From Nitrosopumilus sp. (GTDB lineage Archaea; Thermoproteota; Nitrososphaeria; Nitrososphaerales; Nitrosopumilaceae), in assembly GCA_965197525.1 (NCBI GenBank), contig OZ240211.1, positions 1,856,001-1,920,000 on the forward strand: a stretch of DNA of 64,000 nt. Reading direction: 5' to 3'. The notes under the pieces were generated by a model, which had not been told where the DNA came from, made no database searches, and saw only the letters and a program-made list of their open reading frames with translations. Positions 1 through 11,300 of the stretch are shown piece by piece. Every line of letters begins with the position of its first letter. The stretch's first letter is position 1. The position numbers were made by a program, and so were the translations under genes.

Positions 1-560
1 TCAGTCAGATGGGTTACATCCTGTTTGGTATTGGTTCAATGTCCGTACTAGGGCTTGCCGGAGCTGAGATGATGTATGTGACACACGCAATTGGAAAAGG
101 CATTCTCTTCATGATGGCAGGCATCATCATAGTAAAAGTGGGAACCCGCAGCATCTCAAAACTTGGAGGGCTGGCAGGAAAGATGCCGATAACTGCTGTG
201 TGTGCAGTGATTGGCGCATTGACCATAATGGGCGTTCCACCAACTAGCGGTTTTATGGGTGAGTGGGTATTGTTCTTTGGTGCATTGGAGACTGCAATTC
301 ATGACGGCTCTACACTGCGTGCAGTAACATTTGGTCTGGGTCTTGTTGCGACTGTTCTTACAATGTCTTACATGCTGTGGATGCTAAAACGTGTGTTCTT
401 TGGAAAGACGCCTGAGCATCTTGAGAATGTCAAAGAGGGAAGCTGGTACATGACTGCACCAATGATGGTGCTTGCAGGATTCTCAATAGTTGTTGGAATT
501 TATCCTGACATATTCTTCAATACAATAATTCCGTATATGGGTGGAGTGCTGGGGGCGTAA
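1..560 (+). CDS. nuoM: NADH-quinone oxidoreductase subunit M (5'-truncated by window)
   Basis: Hydrophobic antiporter-like C-terminus (HAIGKGILF, GVPPTSGFMGE) directly upstream of nuoL; frame open to the window edge. Confidence 0.9.
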   Translation, partial: SQMGYILFGIGSMSVLGLAGAEMMYVTHAIGKGILFMMAGIIIVKVGTRSISKLGGLAGKMPITAVCAVIGALTIMGVPPTSGFMGEWVLFFGALETAIHDGSTLRAVTFGLGLVATVLTMSYMLWMLKRVFFGKTPEHLENVKEGSWYMTAPMMVLAGFSIVVGIYPDIFFNTIIPYMGGVLGA

Positions 561-563
561 TGA

Positions 564-2651
564 ATGGCTACTGAAGTTTTAGGAATATCATCTGAGATGG
601 CAGTAGTACTTGCCGGATGGCTAGTATGGATACTGCCGTTTGCAGCAGCGCTAATCATTCCGGGGATTGCAAAATTCTCAAAACATGCCACTGGATACGT
701 TGCAGTAGCGTTTGCTTTGATGAGCGCTCTGTCTGCTGCAACTCTGATTCCTGTTGCTTTGGATGCGCATGAGATACACCATCAAATTATGTGGATAGAT
801 GCAATAGGTCTGGAGGCAGGCATCTTGGCTGATCCGCTCTCCATAATAATGACAAATGTTGTTGCTTGGATATCACTTCTCATCATGATATACAGTACCG
901 GCTATATGAAAGGCGACAAGGCCATCCCACGATTCTGGTTCTGGATGCTGTTCTTTATTGGTTCAATGCAGTTGATTGTACTCTCTGATAACCTCCTTCA
1001 GGTATTCTTTGGTTGGGAAGGTGTCGGACTGGCATCATACGCGCTTATCAGCTTTTGGTACCGTGATAAAAAGAAGGATCACGTAGGTACCGAGGGACGC
1101 ACTGTTCTTGGAATGCTAGACTATTATTCCCCTACACATGCCGGCATGAAGGCGTTTATCATGACCAAAGTGGGTGACGTGATGATGATAGCAGGCATGC
1201 TGTTGATATTCCTGTTTGCAGGCACCTTTGGATTCAGGGAACTAGTAGGTGATACTGCGTGGGCAACTACGATGGCATCCCAAGGCCTGCTTGTTCCTGC
1301 GTTTGTCTTGCTGTTTGGCGGCGCAATAGGAAAGTCCGCACAATTCCCATTAAATGAATGGCTGTTAGAGGCCATGACCGGCCCTACTGCCGTATCTGCA
1401 TTGATTCATGCAGCTACCATGGTAAAGGCAGGCGTATTCTTGGTAGCCCGTATAGGCCCTATCGTATTTGCACTAGGCGCCGCAGGCATCCTTGCAGATC
1501 AGTTCTTTGAGATTGTAGCTTGGGTTGGCGCAATCACTGCGTTGTTACTTGCAACACAGGGAATGGTTAATCCTGAAATTAAAAAAGTACTTGCGTATTC
1601 TACCGGTTCTCAAATTGGCTATATGATGATGGCCTTGGGTGTTGCAGGACTTGCCCACCAGTACGTCGACGGTTACACTGCAGGATTCTTCCATCTTATC
1701 TCGCATGCAATGTTCAAGGCATCCCTGTTTATGGCAGCCGGTTCGCTATTGCACATTGTAGGTTCCAGGTTTATGACTGATATGGGTGGTCTGCGTAAAC
1801 AGATGAAAAAGACATATGCGTTTATGTGGGCAGCAGGTCTTGGCCTGATGGGCGCACCGTTTATCACAACTGGATTTTGGAGCAAGGATGCGATATTTGC
1901 CGCAGTATACGAATCAGGCAACGAGTGGGCATTGCCACTGTTCATTATTGCCGTACTGACTGCAATTATCACGGCATTCTACACAACACGAATGATCGGT
2001 CTGGTATTCTTTGGAGAAAAGAGCGAACACATCAAGCACGTAGAAAAAGATGGAGGACATCTAATCCATGATGCACCAGTATCCATGTGGATTCCATACG
2101 GAATTTTAGCCGTACTGACCATCGGAATAGGCATTATTGGATTATCAGCAGAAGAGGGGCTGCACCATCTCTTTGAAGAATACCTAGAGGAGTCATTTGG
2201 CATTCACACAGAACACGTTTCCATGCAAGCATCATCTATCTTGCCTGAGTTCTTACAAGGCCTCAATCCTGTAGCATTGGGTGCCTCCCTAGTAGCGTTT
2301 GCCACTGGAATTGGACTAGGTTACATATTTTACATTGGCAGATGGGTTGATCCCGTAAGATTTGTCAACTCTAACATCTTCTTTTACTCAATTCATAAAC
2401 TCTTCTTGAACAGATGGTATCTTAATGCAATCGTATACTGGTGTTTTGTTGTAGCACCACTATGGCTTGCAAGAGGCGTGTTTAGATACTTTGAAAAGAC
2501 AGCTATTGACTATGGTATGAACGGCGGAGTTCAGAAAGCAGTTAGTTGGAGTGCAAGAGTCATTCAAGGAACTCAGACTGGAGTATCGCAATCGTATCTA
2601 TTTGTATTTGGAGCAGGATTACTATTTGTAGTCTTGATATTGTTGATATAG
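564..2651 (+). CDS. nuoL: NADH-quinone oxidoreductase subunit L
   Basis: 695 aa; FFGWEGVGLASYALI, GKSAQFPL, AMTGPTAVSALIHAATMVKAG, HAMFKASLF motifs. Confidence 0.95.
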   Translation: MATEVLGISSEMAVVLAGWLVWILPFAAALIIPGIAKFSKHATGYVAVAFALMSALSAATLIPVALDAHEIHHQIMWIDAIGLEAGILADPLSIIMTNVVAWISLLIMIYSTGYMKGDKAIPRFWFWMLFFIGSMQLIVLSDNLLQVFFGWEGVGLASYALISFWYRDKKKDHVGTEGRTVLGMLDYYSPTHAGMKAFIMTKVGDVMMIAGMLLIFLFAGTFGFRELVGDTAWATTMASQGLLVPAFVLLFGGAIGKSAQFPLNEWLLEAMTGPTAVSALIHAATMVKAGVFLVARIGPIVFALGAAGILADQFFEIVAWVGAITALLLATQGMVNPEIKKVLAYSTGSQIGYMMMALGVAGLAHQYVDGYTAGFFHLISHAMFKASLFMAAGSLLHIVGSRFMTDMGGLRKQMKKTYAFMWAAGLGLMGAPFITTGFWSKDAIFAAVYESGNEWALPLFIIAVLTAIITAFYTTRMIGLVFFGEKSEHIKHVEKDGGHLIHDAPVSMWIPYGILAVLTIGIGIIGLSAEEGLHHLFEEYLEESFGIHTEHVSMQASSILPEFLQGLNPVALGASLVAFATGIGLGYIFYIGRWVDPVRFVNSNIFFYSIHKLFLNRWYLNAIVYWCFVVAPLWLARGVFRYFEKTAIDYGMNGGVQKAVSWSARVIQGTQTGVSQSYLFVFGAGLLFVVLILLI

Positions 2652-2663
2652 GTGATTTATGGC

Positions 2664-4136
2664 ATGTTAGAGATTACTTCAACCCCACTGGTCTTAATTG
2701 CGATTCTAGGAACAGTCGGCGTCGTTCTTCCAATAATTAGTATTGCAAGAAAGGAACAGGGTTCTAACTCATTTTATGCCGTAATTGCGTTTGCTGCATT
2801 AATTGTATCGATGGGTTATGTAGGATACCAATTCATCAGTGATAACGTTGCAGCCGGTGCCCTATTCTCAGATGATGTGATAGCAGATGATGCATTTGGC
2901 GGATTCTTTGCCATTGCAATGTTAATTGTCGCAGTCTTCACTACCGTTGGCTCCTTTAACTATATGCGAAAGCATAACTCCCCTGCTGTATACTATTCGT
3001 TAATTCTGCTTGCCACAATAGGTATGGTACTAGTTGCGTATTCGACTGATCTTGTAATGCTGTTTGTGGCATGGGAACTCATGAGTATCCCAACGTATGT
3101 TCTAGTGGGCTACATGAAGAAGAATCCGAGCTCAAATGAGGCTGCTTTAAAGTACTTTTTGTTTGGCGCACTCTCCTCTGCAATAATCGTCTATGGCATC
3201 TCAATTGCATACGGCCTGACAGGCTCTACAAACATTGGCGAGGTAATTGCAGGCTTTGCAGCACTCGATTCATCGTTGCTGCCGTTGGCGCTACTCTCAG
3301 TTGGAATGTTTATTGCAGGATTTGGATTCAAGATGGGTCTTGTCCCATTCCATCAATGGCTTCCTGATACTTATGATGGCGCTCCTCCACCAATCACTGC
3401 TTTACTTGCCGCTGCAACCAAAAAGGCAGGCTTTGCAGCAACAATACGTATCGTAATTCTTGGAATGGTAGTTCTGAATCTTGATTGGACGCTGGCGTTG
3501 GGTATCCTGGCAATTATGACCATGACTGTAGGAAATATTGCAGCAATTATGCAAAAGAGCATATCTCGAATGCTTGCATATTCCAGTATTGCCCATGCAG
3601 GATACATTCTGATTGGATTGGCAGTAGCACCCCACAGTTCGCTTGGTCTGCAAGGATCGCTATATCAGATTATGAATCATGCAGTAATGAAGGGAGCTGC
3701 CTTTATTGCAATTGCAGGAATTGTTACAACTCTTGCAGTAACGCATATTGACAAGCTCAAAGGTCTGGGACGACGAATGCCCATTACTGCACTTGGTCTA
3801 GTCATTGCGTTGTTTGCACTAGCTGGCGTTCCTCCACTATCCGGATTCTGGAGTAAGTTGATGTTGTTTGGCGGTGCTTTGGATGCAAGCTCTGTATTGT
3901 GGTGGGCTCCATGGCTTGCAATTGCAGGCGTTCTAAACAGTGCACTGTCACTTGCGTACTATGGCTGGCTTACAAGAAAGATGTACTTTGAGGGTGAGAA
4001 CGAGAAGCGTGTTAAAGAACCTAGATCCATTATTGCAGTTATGATATTCTCTACAATATTCCTAGTAGGATTCGGCGTGTATCCTGAACCATTGATTCAA
4101 TTCGTTGAATTTGCAGCACCTGTTTTAGGATTTTAA
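2664..4136 (+). CDS. nuoN: NADH-quinone oxidoreductase subunit N
   Basis: WELMSIPTY, EAALKYF, GFKMGLVPFHQWLPDTYDGAP, AYSSIAHAGY; ATG 2664 follows a GGTGA SD-like site (ORF track starts at GTG 2652). Confidence 0.93.
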   Translation: MLEITSTPLVLIAILGTVGVVLPIISIARKEQGSNSFYAVIAFAALIVSMGYVGYQFISDNVAAGALFSDDVIADDAFGGFFAIAMLIVAVFTTVGSFNYMRKHNSPAVYYSLILLATIGMVLVAYSTDLVMLFVAWELMSIPTYVLVGYMKKNPSSNEAALKYFLFGALSSAIIVYGISIAYGLTGSTNIGEVIAGFAALDSSLLPLALLSVGMFIAGFGFKMGLVPFHQWLPDTYDGAPPPITALLAAATKKAGFAATIRIVILGMVVLNLDWTLALGILAIMTMTVGNIAAIMQKSISRMLAYSSIAHAGYILIGLAVAPHSSLGLQGSLYQIMNHAVMKGAAFIAIAGIVTTLAVTHIDKLKGLGRRMPITALGLVIALFALAGVPPLSGFWSKLMLFGGALDASSVLWWAPWLAIAGVLNSALSLAYYGWLTRKMYFEGENEKRVKEPRSIIAVMIFSTIFLVGFGVYPEPLIQFVEFAAPVLGF

Positions 4137-4241
4137 ATGGCGCTGTCTAGATTTTTCCCGGAAAATCACCCCCGATAAGCTTGAAGATCGTGCCGCAACC
4201 TGTTGAAATTCTTATTGATCAAAGATCCCGATGCCATGCTA

Positions 4242-4830
4242 ATGTCAAAACGATACAGACATGACAAGCAAAACAGGCACAGCAGTAGCAGTAGTAATAG
4301 TAACAGTAGCAGCATGATTCACACATCAGAAAATACAAGATACGTCAGTGCCGAAACTATGTGGCATATGAGGTAAGGCGCAGAAACGAGGGCAGAAAGA
4401 TATCGGCGGGACCAAGTCTCAAAAGACTGATCCTCGCCGGATGGAAGGACGTCTCTGAACACGAGCTGCCATACTGTTGTTGTTGTTGTTGTTGTTGTTG
4501 CTGTGTGTGCCTGCCGGACTGCGAGTTTAGGAGGAGGAGAAGGAGAAAGAGAGGATGAGGAGGATGAGGAGGAGGAGGAGGCACTCGTACAGGACGCACG
4601 TGACATACATGGAATTGCATCCAGGTACGGTAAGCATGTGCGGCCTAAAGGATTCCATCAAAATCGTGGCTGCAGACTGTCTGCTGCACTATCAGGTAAG
4701 ACGGATATTATGATGAATTTTCTTCTGGCTCAATCCTGCACCGACGCAGATGGCACGCTTGCAGGCGACTCGTCGGGATTCTCCATAATGAGGTAGACAT
4801 AGGAACCAAAGCTTAATGTGATGATATATG
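4242..4830 (+). pseudogene. Decayed IS5-family-like DDE transposase relic
   Basis: Fragments in several frames, including LAGDSSGFSIMR (resembles the first catalytic D motif, D-S/T-G-F-S); broken by stops, frameshifts and microsatellites. Confidence 0.5.
4475..4580. repeat. Microsatellites: (TGT)8 and a GAG/GGA purine tract
   Basis: (TGT)8 at 4475-4498; gaggaggagaaggagaaagagaggatgaggaggatgaggaggaggagg at about 4529-4580. Confidence 0.9.
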
Positions 4831-5368
4831 TTGGCAGGAAATCCCAACCTTGATGAACTTTCGATTTCAAGTTTTTTACACAAGATAAAAACCTGTTCAG
4901 ATTAAAGATCTAGTAGTGGTTATTGCATAATGTCATTTTGATTGAAAAATGAACAGCTTTTTGTCCAATACTGCCAATAATCTCTAATGTGTACTTACTA
5001 GCCTAAGACTAGTTTAGATGACCTCTTTGTTATATGATGACTGTTTTTAATACTGAGTGTGAATTTTGTAATTCTTTCAAGTAGTGTTGTTACTGATCCC
5101 AATCAAGACAAAGCACTTGGTAAAACTTCAAGTTGTCAAAAATACGATAAAAAAACCTTCAGTCAATTATCGTATCGTTGTTTACAAAATAATGGTGAAA
5201 AATAATGACAAATTATATTAATAATAATAGTAACAACACTGGCAAGTACATTTACAGGAACAATAAAAACAGATTCTGTATACGTGACATCCAATTCTCA
5301 AACTCCTCTCTGACTGCAATATTGACTATAGTTGCTTTAGCTAGTCTGAAGAATGTTGTTGTGGTGGT

Positions 5369-8300
5369 GTGGGGGGGGGGGGTCTGAGGAAGAGAAGAGA
5401 CGGCAGAACCCTTGCAATCACGGCGCTGGCGCTTGTGATGGCGGCTGGGCTCTTGATCACGCAGCCTGGGAGCTGGACTGGCGCGCCCCTGGATGTCGAT
5501 ACTGCCGTTCTGAATGCGTGGCCTCCGTCCGGTGATGCCGTATTCGCGTGGCTGTTGTCAGAATATGCGTTTGCACAGTCTGTAAATGTGGCACCTACCC
5601 TGACACCTGCAGGTCATATCAACACCACCAGCCCCGGCAGTTCCCTGCTTGACACACCGCAGAGCATAGCCGTCTTTGAATCCGGGAACAACAGATACGC
5701 AGCCGTCAAAGCGGTCCATGGCGTCCAGATATTGAACATCACAAACCCTGACAACATTACCGCTACAGACAGCATTGCTGATGGTGGTAGCCGCGTGCTT
5801 TTTGGCTCGGGCTACGTAGATGTCTACATGTCAGGGAACAATCACTACGCAGCCGTTGCAGCAAGAACTGATGACGGCGTCTCGATATTTGACATCACAA
5901 ACCCTGCCAGCATCACACTCGTGGGTCAAATCAAGGACAATACCAGCATCAGACTTGAGGGCCCACGCGGCATCGACGTCTACGAATCTGGAAGCAGCCG
6001 CTACGTGATAGTTGCCACAGATGAGGAAGACGGCGTCCAGATACTGAACATCACAAACCCTGCTAGTATTACTGCAGCAGGTAACATCGCCGAAGATGAC
6101 GATCTCGAGCTTGCCAACCCATACGGCGTCGAGGTCTACAAGTCCAACGACAACATATACGCAATCGTTGCCGGAAACAGTGACGACGGCGTCCAGATAC
6201 TGAACATCACAAACCCTGCCAGCATTACTGCAACAGATAACCTCGAAAAAAGTGGAACTACCCAGCTTGATGGCGCGCGTGACGTTGCCATCTTTGAGTC
6301 CGGGAACAGCATATACGCAGCCGTCACCGCAAGCAATGATCACGCCGTCCAGATACTTGACATCACAGACCCTGCCAACATCATCGAAGCTGACAGCATC
6401 AGAGATACTACCAATCTTCGAAGCGCGTGGGGAATTGACATCTTCGAGTCCGGTGACAGCCGCTACGCAGTCGTCGCCGCCTCAAGCAGCCACCGCGTCC
6501 ATATACTAAACATCACAAACCCTGACAGTATCACCAAAGCCGGCAGCATCGTCGACACTAACGACCTCATACTTGAAACTCCTATCGGCATCGCAGTCTT
6601 CGAGTCAGGTGGCAGCCTCTACACAGCCGTTGTCTCACAAGCTGAAAACGGCGTCCAGATAATAGGTCTGGGGGTGATGTCAGCAGAGATGGTTGTTCCT
6701 CCTATCCCTCCTACCAACACCCCTCCTACAGTTACTACAGGTCCGGACCTGCTCGTGACCAAGGGGCTGTCAGTCCACCTGACAGGGGCCTCTGCCGCAG
6801 ATGTCGACTCTGATGATGTGCTCTCTTATTCATGGTCACAAAATCCTACCGGCACCGTCACTTTCGATGATGCAACCTCGCTTAACCCTACCGTTACAGC
6901 TCCCTTGAGCGGTACTGCCACCTCTGTTGCACTGACACTGTCTGTAAATGACGGCACAAATGATGCCGTAACTGATACTATGACACTGACCATACAGGAC
7001 CCTCCCCCAAGCTTTGTCTCTTCCATCCTCAACTCCACATCAGGCGCACTTGCAATAACTTTTTCAGAGGACATCGATGTAACACCTGCCACAAACGTTG
7101 TTCCGGCCAAGATACACATAAGGGAGTCTGGTAATTACACAGGCGGCGGGATAACCTTGAATGCAGCCGAACTTGACACTACAGTTGATGGTACCACCAT
7201 ATCGTTTGCATTGAATGCATCGCGTCTTGCTACAGTTGTAGCACTGACTGTGCCGGAACTGACGATCGAGCCGGGGGCAGTACAGGATACGTCCGGCACC
7301 CTCATCGACGGCACCTTTGACGTCTCCACCGCTGTCTTCGTCGACGCCACCTCAATCTCAGCCAAGGAGGACGCTCCAAGAGGTCTGGCGTTCTCAAGCG
7401 ACGGCACCAAGATGTTTGTAGTAGGCTATCAAAATGCCGAGGTACACAAATACACGCTATCTACCGCCTTTGATGCATCCACTAGAAGTTTTGTTGATTC
7501 CTTCACAGGGCTCATAAGCGATGAACAACAGCCGCAAGACGTGACATTCTCGAATGACGGCACCAGGATGTTCGTATTGGGCAATGAGAACGACGAGATA
7601 CACGAATACACGCTGTCCACGGCCTTTGATTCACGCAATGCAGTCCGAGCTAGCGCCACCTCAATCTCAGAGGAATCTAACCCGCTAGGCATGGCGTTCT
7701 CAAGCGACGGCACCAAGATGTTCGTAATAGGCAATAGTGGCATGGATGTAAACGAATACGCCCTGTCCACGGCCTTTAATACAACCACTGCAGTCTTTGT
7801 AGATGACACCTCAATCTCAGGTCAGGACCCTGTTCCGACAGGCATGGCGTTCTCAAGCGACGGCACCAAGATGTTCGTAATAGGCAATCAAAACGACGCC
7901 GTAAACGAGTACGCGCTGACTACCACATTTGATGCCTCCACCCTAACCTTCGTGCATGCCGCCGATGTCTCGCAAGAGGAATTAGGCCCACAAGACGTGG
8001 CGTTCTCAAGCGACGGCGCCAAGATGTTTGTAATAGGTAGTGCTGGAGACGACGTAAACGAGTATACATTAAGCTCAGTCTACCCAATTACCGTGATCTC
8101 CGCTGCAGACGCCTTTATCACCACGTGGCAGACGACTTTAGCCAACCAGCCAATAAAAATACCTGTAGAGGTACATTCAGGAAAAGACTTTATCATAGAT
8201 TGGGGTGATGGTAATACAACCACAGTAACTGCTAACGGCATACAGTCACATACATACGCTACAGCTGATACCTACCGAGTCACCATGACTGGTGATCTGT

Positions 8301-11300
8301 CACGGATAAATCTTGGTGGTTCTGGCTCTACACCTGCGTTACTTCACTCAATTAACCAATGGGGGGACATCAAGTGGTCTAGCATGAATGGTGCATTCGG
8401 TGGTGCTACTACAATGACCCACAACGCCACTGACACACCGGATCTATCACAGGTTACTGACATGTCCCACATGTTTAACGATGCCCACGCATTTAACGGA
8501 GACATCTCTACCTGGAACACCTCGTCTGTTACCAACATGTCCCACATGTTTAACGATGCCAGTGAATTTAACAGAAACCTCTCTACCTGGAACACCTCAT
8601 CCGTTACCAACATGTCCTACATGTTCACCTCTGCCAACGACTTTAATGGAGATCTCTCTACCTGGAACACCTCGTCCGTTACCAACATGCGCGACATGTT
8701 CTCATTTGCCGCTGTATTTAACGGAGACATCTCCGGCTGGGATACCTCCTCAATCACCTCCATGTCCCACATGTTCGATGGTGCCGCCGCCTTCACGGGT
8801 GACCTCTCTGGATGGAATGTCTCACAGGTCATCACCATGTCCTACATGTTCTCGGACGCCCAATCATTTAACGGCGACCTCTCCGAATGGGATGTCTCAC
8901 AGGTTCAGAGCATGCAAAACATGTTCTCGGACGCCCAATCATTTAACGGCGACCTCTCCGAATGGGATGTCTCGAAGGTTAAATACATGGACTTTATGTT
9001 CCGTGGTGCCTTTGGCTTTGACAGCGACATCTCCGAATGGAACGTCTCACAGGTCACCACCATGTCCCACATGTTCTCCTCCGCCTTTGCCTTTGACAGC
9101 GACATCTCCGAATGGAACATCTCAAAGGTTACCGACATGGAAAACATGTTCTACTTTGCCACCAGTTTCGACCAGAACCTGGGCCCATGGTACATCGTAC
9201 TTGATAACGATTTCATAGATTTGAGGGATGCCGACACCACCACCATAGGCGTCATCTCCCCGCAGAACTCTGCGCTTGCAGGCCAGAACGGCGCGTACGG
9301 CATCGGTCAAAACCATGACTCTGACATGTTTGAGATTAACGGCACCAGCCTTGACATCAAGGCAGACGCAGACTATACTGCAAAGACTGATTATACCATC
9401 AACATAACCTCCACCCATCCCTATGGAACCGACAACCACCACCTAGTTGATGTGACAGTTACCGAGTCAGTCGATCCTGCCACGACGTTTGTCACCACCT
9501 GGCAGACCACCTCTGCCGGCGAGTCCATAACCATCCCAGTGGGAGATGCCACGGGCAACTATACTGTACACTGGGGCGATGACAGCACCAGCACACACAT
9601 AACTGATGCTGACCACACATACACACAGGCCGGCAGTCACACGGTCAGCATATCGGGCGATTTTACCCGGATACACCTTTTTGATGATGCAAACAACGCA
9701 GGCAAGCTCGCATCCATAGACCAGTGGGGCGACATATCGTGGACTACGATGCAGGATGCATTCAGGGGCGCGTCTAACATGGCATACAACGCCGATGACG
9801 CCCCAAATCTATCCGGGGCCACCTCTATGCACTCCATGTTCCGCGACACCTCCTTTAGCGCCGACCTTTCTACCTGGAACGTATCATCAGTTACCGATAC
9901 GAGCCGGATGTTCCAGAGCAGCTCCTTTAACGGCGACCTCTCCGGATGGAATGTCTCACAGGTTCAGAGCATGCGAAGCATGTTCTCCGATGCCTCCTCC
10001 TTCAACCAGCCCCTTGACACCTGGAACGTCTCCTCAGTTACCAACATGGCCTACATGTTCTACGATGCTGGCAGCTTCAACCAGGATCTGGACACCTGGA
10101 CTGTCTCAAGTGTTGAGACTATGGAATACATGTTCGGCTCCTCATCCACCTTCAATTCTGTCTTCAACGGCGACATCTCTACCTGGAACGTCTCCTCAGT
10201 TACCAACATGGAATTCATGTTCAATCATGCCTCCTCCTTCAACCAGCCCCTTGACACCTGGAATGTCTCGCAGGTCCAGAGCATGCGAAGCATGTTCTCA
10301 GGCGCCTCCTCCTTCAACCAGCCCCTTGACACCTGGAACGTCTCCTCAGTCACCAACATGTCCAACATGTTCTACAATGCTGCCAACTTTGATCAGAATC
10401 TGGGTCCATGGTACATTACACCGGATTCTGTAGACTTTCCTTATGTTGACTCACTTAACGTCACTGATATAACGCCCCAGAATAACGTACTTGCAGGACA
10501 CAACCCGGTATACGACATCGTAGCAGGTGGTAACTTTACACTGTTTGAGATAGTGTCCGGTTCTGACACTCTGGCATTCAAGGCAACACCAACCAGTAAC
10601 GGTCTCCATCAGGTCAACGTGACTGCCACTGGAGGCTCTGTCTTTGAGAGTGGCAACAATTACCACATAATGCAAATAACTGTATCTGACATTCTGACAG
10701 ATAATACTCCACCCCGTGTTGCCTCCATACTGCGTGATACTCCTAGCGTTGCATCCACACCTCTTACTACACTAGTGTTTAATGTCACATTTAATGAACC
10801 AGTAACCAATGTGAATGATGATGACTTTACAGTAACGGGCACCGGCACAGGTACAATATCTGGCGTATCAGGTTCTGGTACATCATACCAGGTGACAGTC
10901 ACAGTAGCCGCTGTTGGAACCATCGGCTTGGATATCGCATCAGGACACAACATACAGGATGCTGCAAACAACGGTCTGACTGACCTGACAACGACTGGCT
11001 CTGATGAGACCTACACGGTAACAGACAGTACTCCGCCTCGTGTTACATCCATACTGCGTGATACTCCTAGCGTTGCATCCACATCTGCTACCACCCTGGT
11101 GTTTGCTGTCACGTTTGATGAACCAGTAATCAATGTGAGTAATGCCGACTTTGCAGTAACGGGCACCGGCACAGGTACAATATCTGGCGTATCAGGTTCT
11201 GGTACATCATACCAGGTGACAGTCACAGTAGCCGCTGTTGGAACCATCGGCTTGGATATCGCATCAGGACACAACATACAGGATGCTGCAAACAACGGTC

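Noticed and set aside
4319-4796. Poly-Gln, poly-Cys, poly-Glu and poly-Ser ORFs
   Set aside because: Translations of microsatellites within a decayed transposase; no coherent gene.
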